64,000 nt of DNA, from NCBI GenBank assembly GCA_018830295.1, contig JAHJSM010000002.1, positions 115,131-179,130 on the forward strand. Reading direction: 5' to 3'. This DNA is from Patescibacteria group bacterium (GTDB taxonomy: Bacteria; Patescibacteriota; Minisyncoccia; Portnoybacterales; UBA2143). Below, piece by piece: positions 1-9,935 of this stretch. Below the pieces are notes generated by a model. It was not told where the DNA came from. It worked only from the letters and a program-made list of their open reading frames with translations, and did not search any database. Each line of letters opens with the position of its first letter. Position 1 is the stretch's first letter. Made by a program: the position numbers and the translations under genes.

Positions 1-4
1 TTTT

Positions 5-1102
5 ATGAAAAATCGACAACCTGACTATATTTTGATTTTAATTATTTTTGTGATTGTCTTTTTTGGTTTAGTGGTTCTTTTCAACGCTTCCATGGTTTTA
101 TCTCGAGATGTTTCGGGGCAAGGTTACCATTTTCTTAATCATCAATTGCTCTATGGCGTCATTCCCGGGCTGATTTTTTTTCTTATTTTCCAATGGTTGG
201 ATTATAAACGCTGGCAAAAAGCGGCTTTTCCTCTAATGATATTTGGACTGATTTTATTGTGCTTGGTTCTTATTCCGGGATTAGGATATAGCCACGGCGG
301 AGCGAAAAGATGGGTCGGATTTGGAGGATTTTCTTTTCAGCCATTTGAATTTGTCAAATTATTCTTTATAATATACCTATCAACGCTTTTGAGTAAAAAG
401 GGGAAAAGCAAACAAGTCATTAGGGAAAGTTTCATCCCTTTTTTAGTAGTCGGCGCGGCGATTGTGACGCTTGTTCTTTTTCAGCCCAATATGAGCGCTT
501 TGGTAATTTTTTTCCTCATCGCGGGCATTATCTATTTTTTGGCCGAAGTAAAAATATCATATCTTGTGGCTTTGGCTGGGCTAGGTTTGGCGACGCTCGC
601 GGCTTTTATTAAACTAACTGGCTATAACGCGAATCGGCTTATCGTTTACTTGCATCCAGAAATAGACCCACAGGGAATTGGTTATCAGATTGATCAAGCG
701 CTTTTAGCGATTGGTTCGGGTGGATTGTTTGGATTGGGTCTTGGCCAAAGCATTCAAAAATGGAAATATTTACCAGAAGTAGTTGGCGACTCGGTTTTCG
801 CCATCGCGGCCGAAGAATTGGGGCTGATTGGAGCGGGGGTTCTGGTTCTTCTTTTTGTTTGTCTGGCCTGGCGAGGGCTTAAGGCGGCCAAAAAATCGCC
901 TGACAAATTTGGATATTTGCTGGCGGGCGGCATTGTTGGATGGATCTCCCTTCAGGCGTTTATTAACATGGCTTCAATTTCCGGGTTAATCCCTTTAATG
1001 GGCGTCCCCTTGCCCTTTGTTAGTTACGGCGGTTCGGCAATGATTGTTTCCTTGGCGAGCATGGGGATTTTAGTTAATATTTCAAAATATAAAAAAAATT
1101 AA
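5..1102 (+). CDS. ftsW: FtsW/RodA/SpoVE-family peptidoglycan glycosyltransferase (lipid II flippase-like) membrane protein
   Basis: 365 aa multi-TM protein; gene order ftsW-murG; conserved SEDS-like C-terminal region (GLIPLMGVPLPFVSYGGS). Confidence 0.85.
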   Translation: MKNRQPDYILILIIFVIVFFGLVVLFNASMVLSRDVSGQGYHFLNHQLLYGVIPGLIFFLIFQWLDYKRWQKAAFPLMIFGLILLCLVLIPGLGYSHGGAKRWVGFGGFSFQPFEFVKLFFIIYLSTLLSKKGKSKQVIRESFIPFLVVGAAIVTLVLFQPNMSALVIFFLIAGIIYFLAEVKISYLVALAGLGLATLAAFIKLTGYNANRLIVYLHPEIDPQGIGYQIDQALLAIGSGGLFGLGLGQSIQKWKYLPEVVGDSVFAIAAEELGLIGAGVLVLLFVCLAWRGLKAAKKSPDKFGYLLAGGIVGWISLQAFINMASISGLIPLMGVPLPFVSYGGSAMIVSLASMGILVNISKYKKN

Positions 1103-1116
1103 ACAAAGATAAAACT

Positions 1117-2259
1117 ATGCGTATTTTATTCACAGGAGGAGGGAGTGGGGGTCATATTTTTCCTCTTATCGCCGTTGCCAAAGAATTAAAAAAAATTCAC
1201 AATCAATTGTCTCAACCGATTGGACCTGGTTCGGAGACGGATTTGGATTTGTTTTTTGTCGGCGCGGGCGGTTTTGCTGAAAATCTCTCGCGAGAAGGAA
1301 TTGAGGTCAAGACGATTTTAGCTGGGAAAATGAGGCGGTATTTTTCTTGGCTTAATCTGGTTGATTTGTTGAAATTACCAGTTGGCTTTTTTCAATCGCT
1401 TTGGTTGGTTTATCAAATAATGCCCGATGTCATTTTCAGCAAAGGCGGATATGACAGCGTTCCAGTCGCTTTGGCGGGCTGGATTTACGGAATTCCGATT
1501 CTTGTTCACGAGTCGGACGCGACGCCGGGGTTAGCCAATCGTTTTGTCGCTAAACTTTCAAAAAGAGTTGGCGTTTCTTTTGTTTCAGCAGAAAGCTATT
1601 TCTCTTCCAAAAAGACGGTCTTGCTCGGTAATCCGATTCGCGCGGATGTTATTCAACTTTGTTCTTCAAAGAGTGAAGAAGATAAGGAAAACGCCAGGAA
1701 AATTCTCGGGGCCGCGGGACAGAAGCCAATGCTTTTTGTTTTTGGCGGAAGCCAGGGCGCTCAAAAAATTAATGAGCTGGTTTTAGAGGTCTTGCCCCGT
1801 CTTTTAGGAAAGTATGAAGTTATTCATCAATGCGGGAATAAAAATTATCAATGGATCAAGGGAAAATTTGGAGAAAAAGCGCCCGGCGGGTATTATCTTT
1901 TTCCTTTTTTGGACGAGAAACAATTGTCGGCCGCTTATCTTTTGTCAGACCTGATTATCGCGCGCGCCGGGGCTTCTAATATTTTTGAAATCGCGGCTTG
2001 TGGACGGCCGAGTATTTTAATTCCCATACCCAAATCGGCCGCGGACCATCAAAGAGAAAACGCTTTTGCCTACGCTAAAGCAGGCGCGGCTTCGGTCTTA
2101 GAGCAAGATAATTTAACGCCCAATCTTTTTCTAACGGAGGTTAATAAGATTTTAAGCGATGAGGAGATGTCGCGAAAAATGGTTAAAAATGCTGGAAATT
2201 TTGCCCAACCGGAAGCGGCGAATAAGATAGCGCAAGGGTTGATTGATTTGGGGAGGTAA
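1117..2259 (+). CDS. murG: UDP-GlcNAc:undecaprenyl-PP-MurNAc-pentapeptide GlcNAc transferase MurG
   Basis: N-terminal ILFTGGGSGGHIFP glycine-rich motif typical of MurG; C-terminal GT-B region; follows ftsW. Confidence 0.9.
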   Translation: MRILFTGGGSGGHIFPLIAVAKELKKIHNQLSQPIGPGSETDLDLFFVGAGGFAENLSREGIEVKTILAGKMRRYFSWLNLVDLLKLPVGFFQSLWLVYQIMPDVIFSKGGYDSVPVALAGWIYGIPILVHESDATPGLANRFVAKLSKRVGVSFVSAESYFSSKKTVLLGNPIRADVIQLCSSKSEEDKENARKILGAAGQKPMLFVFGGSQGAQKINELVLEVLPRLLGKYEVIHQCGNKNYQWIKGKFGEKAPGGYYLFPFLDEKQLSAAYLLSDLIIARAGASNIFEIAACGRPSILIPIPKSAADHQRENAFAYAKAGAASVLEQDNLTPNLFLTEVNKILSDEEMSRKMVKNAGNFAQPEAANKIAQGLIDLGR

Positions 2260-2268
2260 ATAATTACT

Positions 2269-3690
2269 ATGCCACATAAACAAAAAATTAGGGTAAGAAT
2301 CGCGCCTAGTCCGACGGGGACTTTGCATCTTGGGACGGCGCGAACGGCGCTTTTTAATTATCTTTTCGCTAAAAAAAATGGCGGCGATTTTATTTTGCGG
2401 ATTGAAGATACTGATTTGGCGCGTTCGGACAGGAAATACGAAAAAGATATTTTGGAAAATTTAGAATGGCTTGGCTTAAAGTGGGATGAGGAACCTTGTC
2501 GGCAAAGCGAGCGGAAGGAAATTTATCAGAAATATATTAAAAAACTTTTTGATTCGGGCCAGGTGTTTTGGTGCGGTTGTAGCAAAGAGGAGTTAGAGGA
2601 AGAAAAGAAAGGGCAGATGGAGAGAAAAGAATCGCCACGGCATACCTGCCAGAAAAAAACAAAAGAGGGGGAGGGGATTATCAGATTTCATTGTCCAGAT
2701 AAGAAAATCTTTTTTGACGATATGATTAAGGGTCGGGTGGAGTTTGATTGCGGTTTGCTGGGAGATATCGGCATCGCGCGGGACGAGAAAACGCCCTTGT
2801 ATAATTTGGCGGTTGTGATTGATGATATTGAAATGAAGATTAGCCATGTTATCAGAGGCGAAGACCATATTTCCAATACCCCAAAACAGATGCTCCTTCT
2901 TGAAGCGTTCGGGGCTATTCCTCCGCGATACGCCCATATTCCTTTGACGATGGGACCGGACAAAGCCAAGTTGAGCAAGAGGCATGGCGCGACCGCAATT
3001 GAGGATTACAAAAAAATGGGATATTTGCCGAAAGCGCTCACGAATTTTATGGCTTTTCTTGGCTGGCATCCGGGAAGCGAAAAAGAGATTTTTTCTTTAG
3101 AAGAATTGGCGCGAGAATTTTCAATGGAGAAAATGAACAAATCAAACGCCATTTTTGATATTGAAAAATTGAATTGGTTCAACGGGCAATATATCCGCCA
3201 AATGGATTTGGATGAGTTGACTAAAAAATGCTTGCCGTATTTAAAAGAAGCGGGGTTAATTCGGGGGCTGCCCCCGTTGCGGGGGCAGCCCCCATCGTAT
3301 CTTAAAAAGGTGATTGCTTTGGAGCGCGAGCGGCTGAAGAAGTTATCGGAGATAGGGGAGTTGACGGAATTTTTCTTTTTGGACAAATTAGATTACGCGC
3401 CAGAATTGCTGATTTGGAAGAAATTGTCTTTAAAAGAGGTGAAAAATAATTTAGAAATTTTGGAAAAAGTTCTTTCAAAAACAGACAAATTTGACCAAAA
3501 ATCGCTCCAGGATACAATCACTCCCTTAACCGAAAAATACGGCGTAGGCGACCTCCTGTGGCCTCTGCGGGTGGCGATTACGGGCAGAAAAGCATCCCCA
3601 GGGCCTTATGAAGTAATGGAGGTTTTGGGGAAGGAGAGGGTGTTGGAAAGGATAAAAGAGGCGATTGAGAAGATAAAAGAATATGTCTAA
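2269..3690 (+). CDS. gltX: glutamyl-tRNA synthetase; contains an in-frame GC-rich palindromic repeat at 3263-3293
   Basis: HIGH-class motif PSPTGTLHLGTAR and KMSKS-like KLSKRHG; class I Glu/Gln-RS architecture. Confidence 0.9.
   Translation: MPHKQKIRVRIAPSPTGTLHLGTARTALFNYLFAKKNGGDFILRIEDTDLARSDRKYEKDILENLEWLGLKWDEEPCRQSERKEIYQKYIKKLFDSGQVFWCGCSKEELEEEKKGQMERKESPRHTCQKKTKEGEGIIRFHCPDKKIFFDDMIKGRVEFDCGLLGDIGIARDEKTPLYNLAVVIDDIEMKISHVIRGEDHISNTPKQMLLLEAFGAIPPRYAHIPLTMGPDKAKLSKRHGATAIEDYKKMGYLPKALTNFMAFLGWHPGSEKEIFSLEELAREFSMEKMNKSNAIFDIEKLNWFNGQYIRQMDLDELTKKCLPYLKEAGLIRGLPPLRGQPPSYLKKVIALERERLKKLSEIGELTEFFFLDKLDYAPELLIWKKLSLKEVKNNLEILEKVLSKTDKFDQKSLQDTITPLTEKYGVGDLLWPLRVAITGRKASPGPYEVMEVLGKERVLERIKEAIEKIKEYV
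3263..3293. repeat. GC-rich palindromic element GGGGGCTGCCCCC-GTTGC-GGGGGCAGCCCCC (inside gltX, in frame)
   Basis: 13-bp perfect inverted arms; same element, inverted loop, at 63238-63268. Confidence 0.8.
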
Positions 3691-4993
3691 AAACTCTTCG
3701 TTAAACTCGTTTTGTCAATATGCTTGGCTGGTTTTGCTTTTGGCTTTTTTTGTTTTCCCTTTGGCGGGGCGGGGGAGCGTGGTAGATGAGTTGAATCGAC
3801 AGATTTTGGAGCAGGAGAATAAGAGGGCGGAATTAGAAAAGAAGGCGGCAGAGTATCAGGCGGCGATTAACCAGAAGCAAGGGGAAATTAATAGTTTAAA
3901 AAATCAAATATATATTTTTAACGCGCGGATAGGGAAATTGGAAACAGAAATGGAAATAACAGAGGACGATATCAGCCAAACGGAACTGGAAATTTTGCGG
4001 CTAGAATACGGGATTGAGCAGACGACGGGGGATATCGCTTCACAGAAGGACAATATTGGGAAAATTATCCAATCAATTGCCGAACAGGATCAGGTGAGTC
4101 AGATGGAAATGATTTTGCAAAGCGATGATTTTTCCGATTTTTACAGCCAGATTGTTTATCTTGAAAATCTACAAAGCGGCGTTCAGGAAAAAGTTGACCG
4201 TCTTAAATTACTGAAATATAATTTAAATAGAGACAAAGAAGATAAAGAAGAAAAAAAAGAGCGGCTGGAAGGGCTTAAAAAGCAATTAACCGACCAAAAA
4301 TGGTCTTTAAGCAGCCAAAAGAAAAGTAGGGAAGCGCTTTTAACAAGCACGCGCGGCGAAGAAAGCAAATATCAGCAACTGCTTGCTAATATTGAAGCGC
4401 AAAAGAAATCATTGTTGGGCGACATTAATCTTTTGCGTCAGAAGAAGGCGGAAGAACTGGCGCGTCTGAAGGAACTGCAAGAAAAGCCACCCGCGCAATA
4501 TTGGGCCTCGTTGAATTGGTATTACAAACAAGATGACGCGAGATGGACGAATACAACGATCGGGATTAGCAATTCCACATTAGGTGATTATGGCTGCGCT
4601 ATTACTTCAGTCGCGATGGTTATGACCGAAAATGGCTCCGCTATTACGCCGAAACAATTAGCCAAAGAGTCAATTTTTGCTTGGGATTTAATTTATTGGC
4701 CTCAAAAGTGGGGGAGTATTACTTGCGTTAATTGTCCGCCGCCCCATACGAGTTCTTTTGATTGGTTTCGTTTAGACCGAGAATTGGGCGCCGGCAATCC
4801 TGTCATTATTTTTGTCAGGGCTGTCGACAGGCATGCGGGACACTATGTTGTTGTTCACCATAAAACAAATGATGGGCGATATGTTGTTCATGACCCGCTC
4901 TTTGGCGCTAATATTTATTTGGACTCAACAAGGGTCTATCTATCTGTTTTATATGGCGTAACAACCATTAGTCAGATGGTGATATATCATTAA
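3683..4993 (+). CDS. secreted coiled-coil protein with C-terminal papain-like (C39-like/CHAP-like) cysteine peptidase domain (PcsB-like architecture)
   Basis: N-terminal signal/TM, about 250 aa heptad-rich coiled coil, C-terminal GDYGCAITSVAMV ... HYVVVHH motif block. Confidence 0.55.
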   Translation: MSKNSSLNSFCQYAWLVLLLAFFVFPLAGRGSVVDELNRQILEQENKRAELEKKAAEYQAAINQKQGEINSLKNQIYIFNARIGKLETEMEITEDDISQTELEILRLEYGIEQTTGDIASQKDNIGKIIQSIAEQDQVSQMEMILQSDDFSDFYSQIVYLENLQSGVQEKVDRLKLLKYNLNRDKEDKEEKKERLEGLKKQLTDQKWSLSSQKKSREALLTSTRGEESKYQQLLANIEAQKKSLLGDINLLRQKKAEELARLKELQEKPPAQYWASLNWYYKQDDARWTNTTIGISNSTLGDYGCAITSVAMVMTENGSAITPKQLAKESIFAWDLIYWPQKWGSITCVNCPPPHTSSFDWFRLDRELGAGNPVIIFVRAVDRHAGHYVVVHHKTNDGRYVVHDPLFGANIYLDSTRVYLSVLYGVTTISQMVIYH

Positions 4994-5008
4994 TTAAAAT
5001 TCAAAATT

Positions 5009-5404
5009 ATGCGTTATTTTATTATTATTCTATTTATATTCATCTTTTCCTTTGGAACCGCTTCGGCGGGGGACAAGGAACTGTCGGGTTGGGCTGATTC
5101 AAATTACCAAAAAATAAGTAATTACGCGAAACATATTTTTGATTTTGTGAAACAGAAAACGGATAGCATTCCGCGCGAGATAGACACTAAAGCAGAGGAG
5201 GTTTTGGAAGACGCGCAAGAAAAAATAACTAAAAAGGCGGAGCAAGCGACAGAAGAGATAAAGGAAAAAATAAAAGAAAGAATTAAAAGCAAAATTATAA
5301 ACACCTTTAATCCCCTGAAAACTAAAATTCAGCAGGGGAGCGCTCTTATTAGAGAGCAAGTCGGCCAAGCAAAAGATTATTTATTTAATTGGCTTGAGAA
5401 ATAA
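5009..5404 (+). CDS. hypothetical secreted coiled-coil protein
   Basis: signal peptide-like N-terminus, charged helical remainder. Confidence 0.4.
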   Translation: MRYFIIILFIFIFSFGTASAGDKELSGWADSNYQKISNYAKHIFDFVKQKTDSIPREIDTKAEEVLEDAQEKITKKAEQATEEIKEKIKERIKSKIINTFNPLKTKIQQGSALIREQVGQAKDYLFNWLEK

Positions 5405-5462
5405 AAATATATTCGGTCTAAAAGTAATAGTAGGGGTAGGGGAGGTTATCCACAAAACGAAT

Positions 5463-5491
5463 TTGACGGCTTTAGAACTGTATATTATAAT
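5463..5491 (+). promoter_or_regulatory. sigma-70 consensus promoter (TTGACG-N17-TATAAT) upstream of xerC
   Basis: TTGACG at 5463-5468, TATAAT at 5486-5491, 17 bp spacer. Confidence 0.55.
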
Positions 5492-5497
5492 AGATAT

Positions 5498-5527
5498 ATG
5501 TATGGATAATATATCTTAACCATACAT
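5498..5527. repeat. inverted repeat ATGTATGG-N14-CCATACAT between promoter and xerC start (operator or dif-like candidate)
   Basis: perfect 8-bp arms with AT-rich 14-bp spacer, overlapping the predicted transcription start. Confidence 0.4.
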
Positions 5528-5542
5528 TAACATATTATAAAT

Positions 5543-6487
5543 ATGCAAGAAAGTGAAAAACCCATTCCTGACCACTTAACGGACTTTTTGGATTGGTTGG
5601 ACATTGAAAGAGGTCTATCTAATAAATCCCAAGAAAATTATTCCAAGTTTTTAAAAAAGTTTTTGGTTTGGTTAAAAGAAAACAAATTAGACGACTTAAA
5701 ACCTCACCAGATCTCCCCCGCTCATATTTGGGATTATAAAGTATATTTGTCGCGTCAGTCAAAAACGCCCCTTAAAAAATCAACCCAAAATTATTATCTA
5801 ATCGCTTTAAGGTCTTTTTTAAATTTTTTCGCTGACCGCGATATAATTACTCTGCCTGCTGAAAAAATTAAATTAGGGAAAAATAAAGGTGAAAAAACAG
5901 TTCATTTTTTAAATTTGGAACAGATAAAAAAACTACTCGCGGCGCCTAATACATCAAAACGCGCTGGATTGCGCGACCGAGCAATCCTTGAATCATTGTT
6001 TTCAACTGGTTTAAGAATAGCTGAATTGGTCTCGCTTAACAAAGAGCAAATTAGATTAAAAGCAATAACAAAGGATTTAGAAGTTGGTATTATCGGCAAA
6101 GGTAATTATCCGAGAACAGTTTATTTTTCCGAAAGATCAGTTAAGTGGTTAAAAAAATATCTTAAAACAAGGCAAGACAAAGAAAAGGCGCTATTTATTA
6201 ACTATCAAGGAAGAAAAGACGCTTCAAGGCGTCTTACTGCTTGCTATATAGAAAGAATCTTAAAAAGATACGCGTTATTGGCGGGATTGCCTGTTAATAC
6301 GACTCCACACACAATAAGACATTCTTTTGCCACAGACTTGTTAAGCAAAGGCGCTGATTTGCGACTGATTCAGGAATTCTTGGGGCATCGCAATATCGCC
6401 ACTACTCAAATTTATACTCATGTGACGAATAAGCGGCTGCGCGATGTTCACCGTCAATTTCACAGCGGCGGCGGGTTAGATGAATAA
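5543..6487 (+). CDS. xerC: tyrosine site-specific recombinase XerC/XerD family
   Basis: C-terminal catalytic block HTIRHSFAT...LGHRNIATTQIYTHV (R-H-R-Y signature). Confidence 0.85.
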   Translation: MQESEKPIPDHLTDFLDWLDIERGLSNKSQENYSKFLKKFLVWLKENKLDDLKPHQISPAHIWDYKVYLSRQSKTPLKKSTQNYYLIALRSFLNFFADRDIITLPAEKIKLGKNKGEKTVHFLNLEQIKKLLAAPNTSKRAGLRDRAILESLFSTGLRIAELVSLNKEQIRLKAITKDLEVGIIGKGNYPRTVYFSERSVKWLKKYLKTRQDKEKALFINYQGRKDASRRLTACYIERILKRYALLAGLPVNTTPHTIRHSFATDLLSKGADLRLIQEFLGHRNIATTQIYTHVTNKRLRDVHRQFHSGGGLDE

Positions 6488-6498
6488 TAAAAAACAAT

Positions 6499-7635
6499 AT
6501 GCGCATTTCCTACTCTGGGCTGGAAACATTTTCGTTGTGTCCGGCTAAATACAAATTTCAATATATTGAGAGAATTAGAACTCCTAAATCAAAGGACGCG
6601 TTTTTTGGCACCTTGATTCACGAATGTTTGAATGTGTTTCACAATCCCAGCCAGCCCACTCCCCCGCTTGAGGAAGATATTTTAAAATACTTTACGGAAA
6701 AATGGGATAGCGAAATTTACCAGGACGAACAAGAAGAGGCATTCGCGTTTCATCAAGGTGTTGAAATTTTAAAAAATTATTGCTCTCAAAATAGAAAAAC
6801 CGACTCCATTATCGTCAGTTTAGAAACGCTTTTCGCGGCGCCTCTTTTGGATGGCGAAGAAACACACTATATCACAGGACGAATTGACCGCGTTGATAAA
6901 TTGGCCGATGGCTCGTTTGAGGTGATTGATTACAAGACGACAAAAAAAATGCCATCCCAAGAATATGTAGACGGCAATCTTCAACTTTCAGTTTATCATC
7001 TCGGAGTCATTAGCCGCTGGCCTTCTTTTCAAAAAGAGAATCAGCCGATTAAATTATCGCTTCATTTTTTGAGGCATAATGAAAAACTTTCAACGCAAAG
7101 AAGCGATAAACAAGTTGGCGAGAGCAAAGAAAAAATTCTTTCTTTAATCAGTCAAATCAGAGAAAGCGCCTTTGAGCCGATCTCAAATCCTCTTTGCGAT
7201 TGGTGCGCTTTTCAACGATACTGTCCGCTCTTTAGGCATAAATTCATTAAAGAAGAGGAGACGATAGATAACGCGAAAATTAAAGAAGTGATCGCCGAAT
7301 ATTTTGACATTAAATTCAAACAAAACCAAAGTAATAGAAGATTGGGCGAACTTAAATTGGCGATTAACCAATACTGCGACGCTAATAAAATAGACCGCGT
7401 TTTTGGCGAGGACGGGCAAATTACCCGCTCAACGCAAAAAAGATTTAGTTATAGTTTTAGCAAAGTCCGAGAAATTCTTGAACCAATGAAAAAATGGAAC
7501 GAGATTTTAACAATTGACATGCCCAAATTCAGAAAATTAATTGAGACCCTCCCCTACCATTTGAAAAAAGAAATAGACCAAACAAAAACATTAGAAAGAG
7601 AATTTAAGGTGATTTCAGCGGTGAAGAAAAAATAA
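6499..7635 (+). CDS. PD-(D/E)XK nuclease superfamily protein (RecB/Cas4-like, C-terminal Cys cluster)
   Basis: N-terminal Cys (SLCP), IDYK core motif, C-terminal CDWCAFQRYC typical of Fe-S Cas4/AddB nuclease domains. Confidence 0.6.
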   Translation: MRISYSGLETFSLCPAKYKFQYIERIRTPKSKDAFFGTLIHECLNVFHNPSQPTPPLEEDILKYFTEKWDSEIYQDEQEEAFAFHQGVEILKNYCSQNRKTDSIIVSLETLFAAPLLDGEETHYITGRIDRVDKLADGSFEVIDYKTTKKMPSQEYVDGNLQLSVYHLGVISRWPSFQKENQPIKLSLHFLRHNEKLSTQRSDKQVGESKEKILSLISQIRESAFEPISNPLCDWCAFQRYCPLFRHKFIKEEETIDNAKIKEVIAEYFDIKFKQNQSNRRLGELKLAINQYCDANKIDRVFGEDGQITRSTQKRFSYSFSKVREILEPMKKWNEILTIDMPKFRKLIETLPYHLKKEIDQTKTLEREFKVISAVKKK

Positions 7636-7636
7636 A

Positions 7637-8017
7637 TTATTGGTTTGGTTTGTATTTCTCAAAATTGCCACAGGGTTTGTAGCCGGCTGCTTGGGCTTCT
7701 TTTTCGGATGAGAACCAGATTTGGTTTTCAGGGGATATTTTTTGGGCGTGCGGGCAATTGGGCCAATGGTATTTATCGCTGTTGACGCTTCCTATAATTT
7801 TTCCTTCAGCCATTTCTCGCGGTTCTGTTGTTTCGTTTACGGATTGCTGAATGGAGGCCGTTAAAGATGGCGTTTCAATCACAATTGGCTTGTCTTCAAC
7901 TGACGAAACGGACAATCGGCCAAATCCAAAACTAATTAAGGCGGTTAGGACAATTCCCGTGGTTAAGATAATTTCGGGCTCAAGTTTCTTGACGAATTTT
8001 TTAATTTGAGATAACAT
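7637..8017 (-). CDS. membrane-anchored protein with C-terminal Ada-like zinc-binding domain
   Basis: one N-terminal TM helix; C-terminal YHWPNCPHAQKISPENQIWFSSEKEAQAAGYKPC resembles the Ada N-terminal metal-binding fold. Confidence 0.35.
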   Translation of the reverse strand: MLSQIKKFVKKLEPEIILTTGIVLTALISFGFGRLSVSSVEDKPIVIETPSLTASIQQSVNETTEPREMAEGKIIGSVNSDKYHWPNCPHAQKISPENQIWFSSEKEAQAAGYKPCGNFEKYKPNQ

Positions 8018-8023
8018 AGGGGT

Positions 8024-8296
8024 ATGTCTAAAACAAAAGCGGCGGGGTCTACAAAGTTAGGCCGCGATTCGCAACCACAATATTTAGGAGTTAAATTATC
8101 TGGTGGCCAAAAAGCCAAGCCGGGCAGTATTATTATCCGTCAAAGAGGAACTAAATTTGTTCCCGGCAAGAATGTTCGTCTTGGGAGAGATGATACTATT
8201 TATTCCCTCGCGAAAGGAATTGTTGAGTTTGCCACTAAAAAAATAAAAAGATTTGACGGTTCTCGGAGAGTCGCTAAAGTAGTTAGCGTGAAATAA
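8024..8296 (+). CDS. rpmA: 50S ribosomal protein L27
   Basis: 90 aa; AAGSTKLGRDSQ...RQRGTKF signature. Confidence 0.95.
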   Translation: MSKTKAAGSTKLGRDSQPQYLGVKLSGGQKAKPGSIIIRQRGTKFVPGKNVRLGRDDTIYSLAKGIVEFATKKIKRFDGSRRVAKVVSVK

Positions 8297-9911
8297 GACC
8301 TGCCTTAATAAACTCCAGAAACAATGGATGAGGGCTTAATGGGCGGGATTTGAATTCAGGATGGAATTGAGTCGCCACGAAAAACGGGTGATTTTTTAAT
8401 TCAATAATTTCAACTAAATTTTTCTCCGGATTAACCCCGGCGATAATTAATCCTTTCTTTTCTAAAAGAGCCCTAAAATCATTATTAAACTCATAGCGGT
8501 GGCGATGCCTTTCGAAAATTTCCTTGCGTTTATACGCTTGCCGAGATCGCGTTCCCTTCGCCAATTCGCATTTGTAAGCGCCTAACCGCATTGAGCCTCC
8601 GTAATTCTTTTCCTTTATTTTAACTTTCTGCTCCGGCATAATATCAATCACTGGATACTTGGTTTTAGGATTGATTTCTATCGTGTTGGCGTCTTTTAAT
8701 CCGCAAACATTTCTGGCGAATTCAACGACGGCCAATTGCATGCCATAGCAGAGGCCTAAATAAGGAATTTTATTTTTTCGGCAAAACTCAATTGTTTTAA
8801 TTTTTCCCTCGGTTCCCCTATCGCCATATCCGCCCGGAACAATCACGCCGTCAAGATTTTTTAATTCCTTAATTTTTTGCGGCGATTTTTCGTATTCTTC
8901 CGAATTAAGCCAATGGATTTTCACTCCTCTTTTATGATGCCAAGCGCTATGCTTGACCGCTTCAATGACCGAAATATATGAATCGGATAAAACAAAATTT
9001 CCTGTACTAAAATATTTTCCGACGATGCCAATATTAACTCTTTTTTTAGAACTTTTAATTGTCTTAACTAAATTTTGCCAGTCCTCTAAATTTTTCTTTT
9101 TGGCTCTTAATTTGAATTTTTTTAAAATTCTTTGTCCTAATTTTTCTTTTTGAAAATTTAATGGAACTTCATAAATGTTTTGAATATCAGGCGCGGAAAT
9201 AACATCTTCTTTTTGAACATTGCAAAAGATGGAAATTTTCTTTTTTCTCGGTTCGTCTAATGGATATTCAGAGCGAGCAATAATAAAGTCCGGCTGGATG
9301 CCGACAGAATTGATGGCTTTAACGGCCGATTGAGTCGGCTTTGTTTTCATTTCGCCGATTTTTTTCGGCACGGGCAGATAACTCACCAAAACAAAAAGAA
9401 CATCCTTAGGATGTTTTAAATGCAGCATTCGCGCCGCTTCCAAAAATAAAATATTTTGATACTCCCCCACTGTGCCGCCCACTTCTATTAGAACAAAATC
9501 CGCGCTGTCTTTTTTGGCGACTTTTTTAATTCTGCGAATAACTTCTTCTGGAATATGAGGGACGACCTCCACGCATTTTCCGTGATAACCGAGGTTTCTT
9601 TCTTTTTGGATGACGGTTTGGTAGACCCGCCCAGTAGTCATGTAATTGTCGCTGTGCAAGTCCTGGTTTAAAAACCTTTCATAGTTTCCGAGATCTTGAT
9701 CGGACTCTAACCCGTCGTCTGTGACAAAAACCTCGCCATGTTCAATCGGGTTCATTGTTCCCGCGTCAACATTGATATAAGGGTCAATCTTTATCGCCGA
9801 GACCTTATATCCCTTGCTCTGAAGAATCTTTCCGATAGAAGCGGTCGCGATTCCTTTGCCAACTCCAGACATCACTCCCCCAATCACAAAAATATATCTT
9901 GTCTTTAGCAT
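8283..9911 (-). CDS. pyrG: CTP synthase
   Basis: N-terminal VIGGVMSGVGKGI motif; C-terminal glutamine amidotransferase GLCYGMQ...HPEF. Confidence 0.95.
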   Translation of the reverse strand: MLKTRYIFVIGGVMSGVGKGIATASIGKILQSKGYKVSAIKIDPYINVDAGTMNPIEHGEVFVTDDGLESDQDLGNYERFLNQDLHSDNYMTTGRVYQTVIQKERNLGYHGKCVEVVPHIPEEVIRRIKKVAKKDSADFVLIEVGGTVGEYQNILFLEAARMLHLKHPKDVLFVLVSYLPVPKKIGEMKTKPTQSAVKAINSVGIQPDFIIARSEYPLDEPRKKKISIFCNVQKEDVISAPDIQNIYEVPLNFQKEKLGQRILKKFKLRAKKKNLEDWQNLVKTIKSSKKRVNIGIVGKYFSTGNFVLSDSYISVIEAVKHSAWHHKRGVKIHWLNSEEYEKSPQKIKELKNLDGVIVPGGYGDRGTEGKIKTIEFCRKNKIPYLGLCYGMQLAVVEFARNVCGLKDANTIEINPKTKYPVIDIMPEQKVKIKEKNYGGSMRLGAYKCELAKGTRSRQAYKRKEIFERHRHRYEFNNDFRALLEKKGLIIAGVNPEKNLVEIIELKNHPFFVATQFHPEFKSRPLSPHPLFLEFIKAGLISR

Positions 9912-9935
9912 AAGATTCTTCGGCGCGGACAGGCG

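Noticed and set aside
1544-1786. 80-aa ORF inside murG in another frame
   Set aside because: Fully embedded in a well-supported gene, no RBS, no motif; spurious.
2593-3517. Minus-strand ORFs antisense to gltX (2593-3069, 2688-2978, 3006-3386, 3302-3517)
   Set aside because: Antisense to a conserved gene, low complexity, no translation signals.
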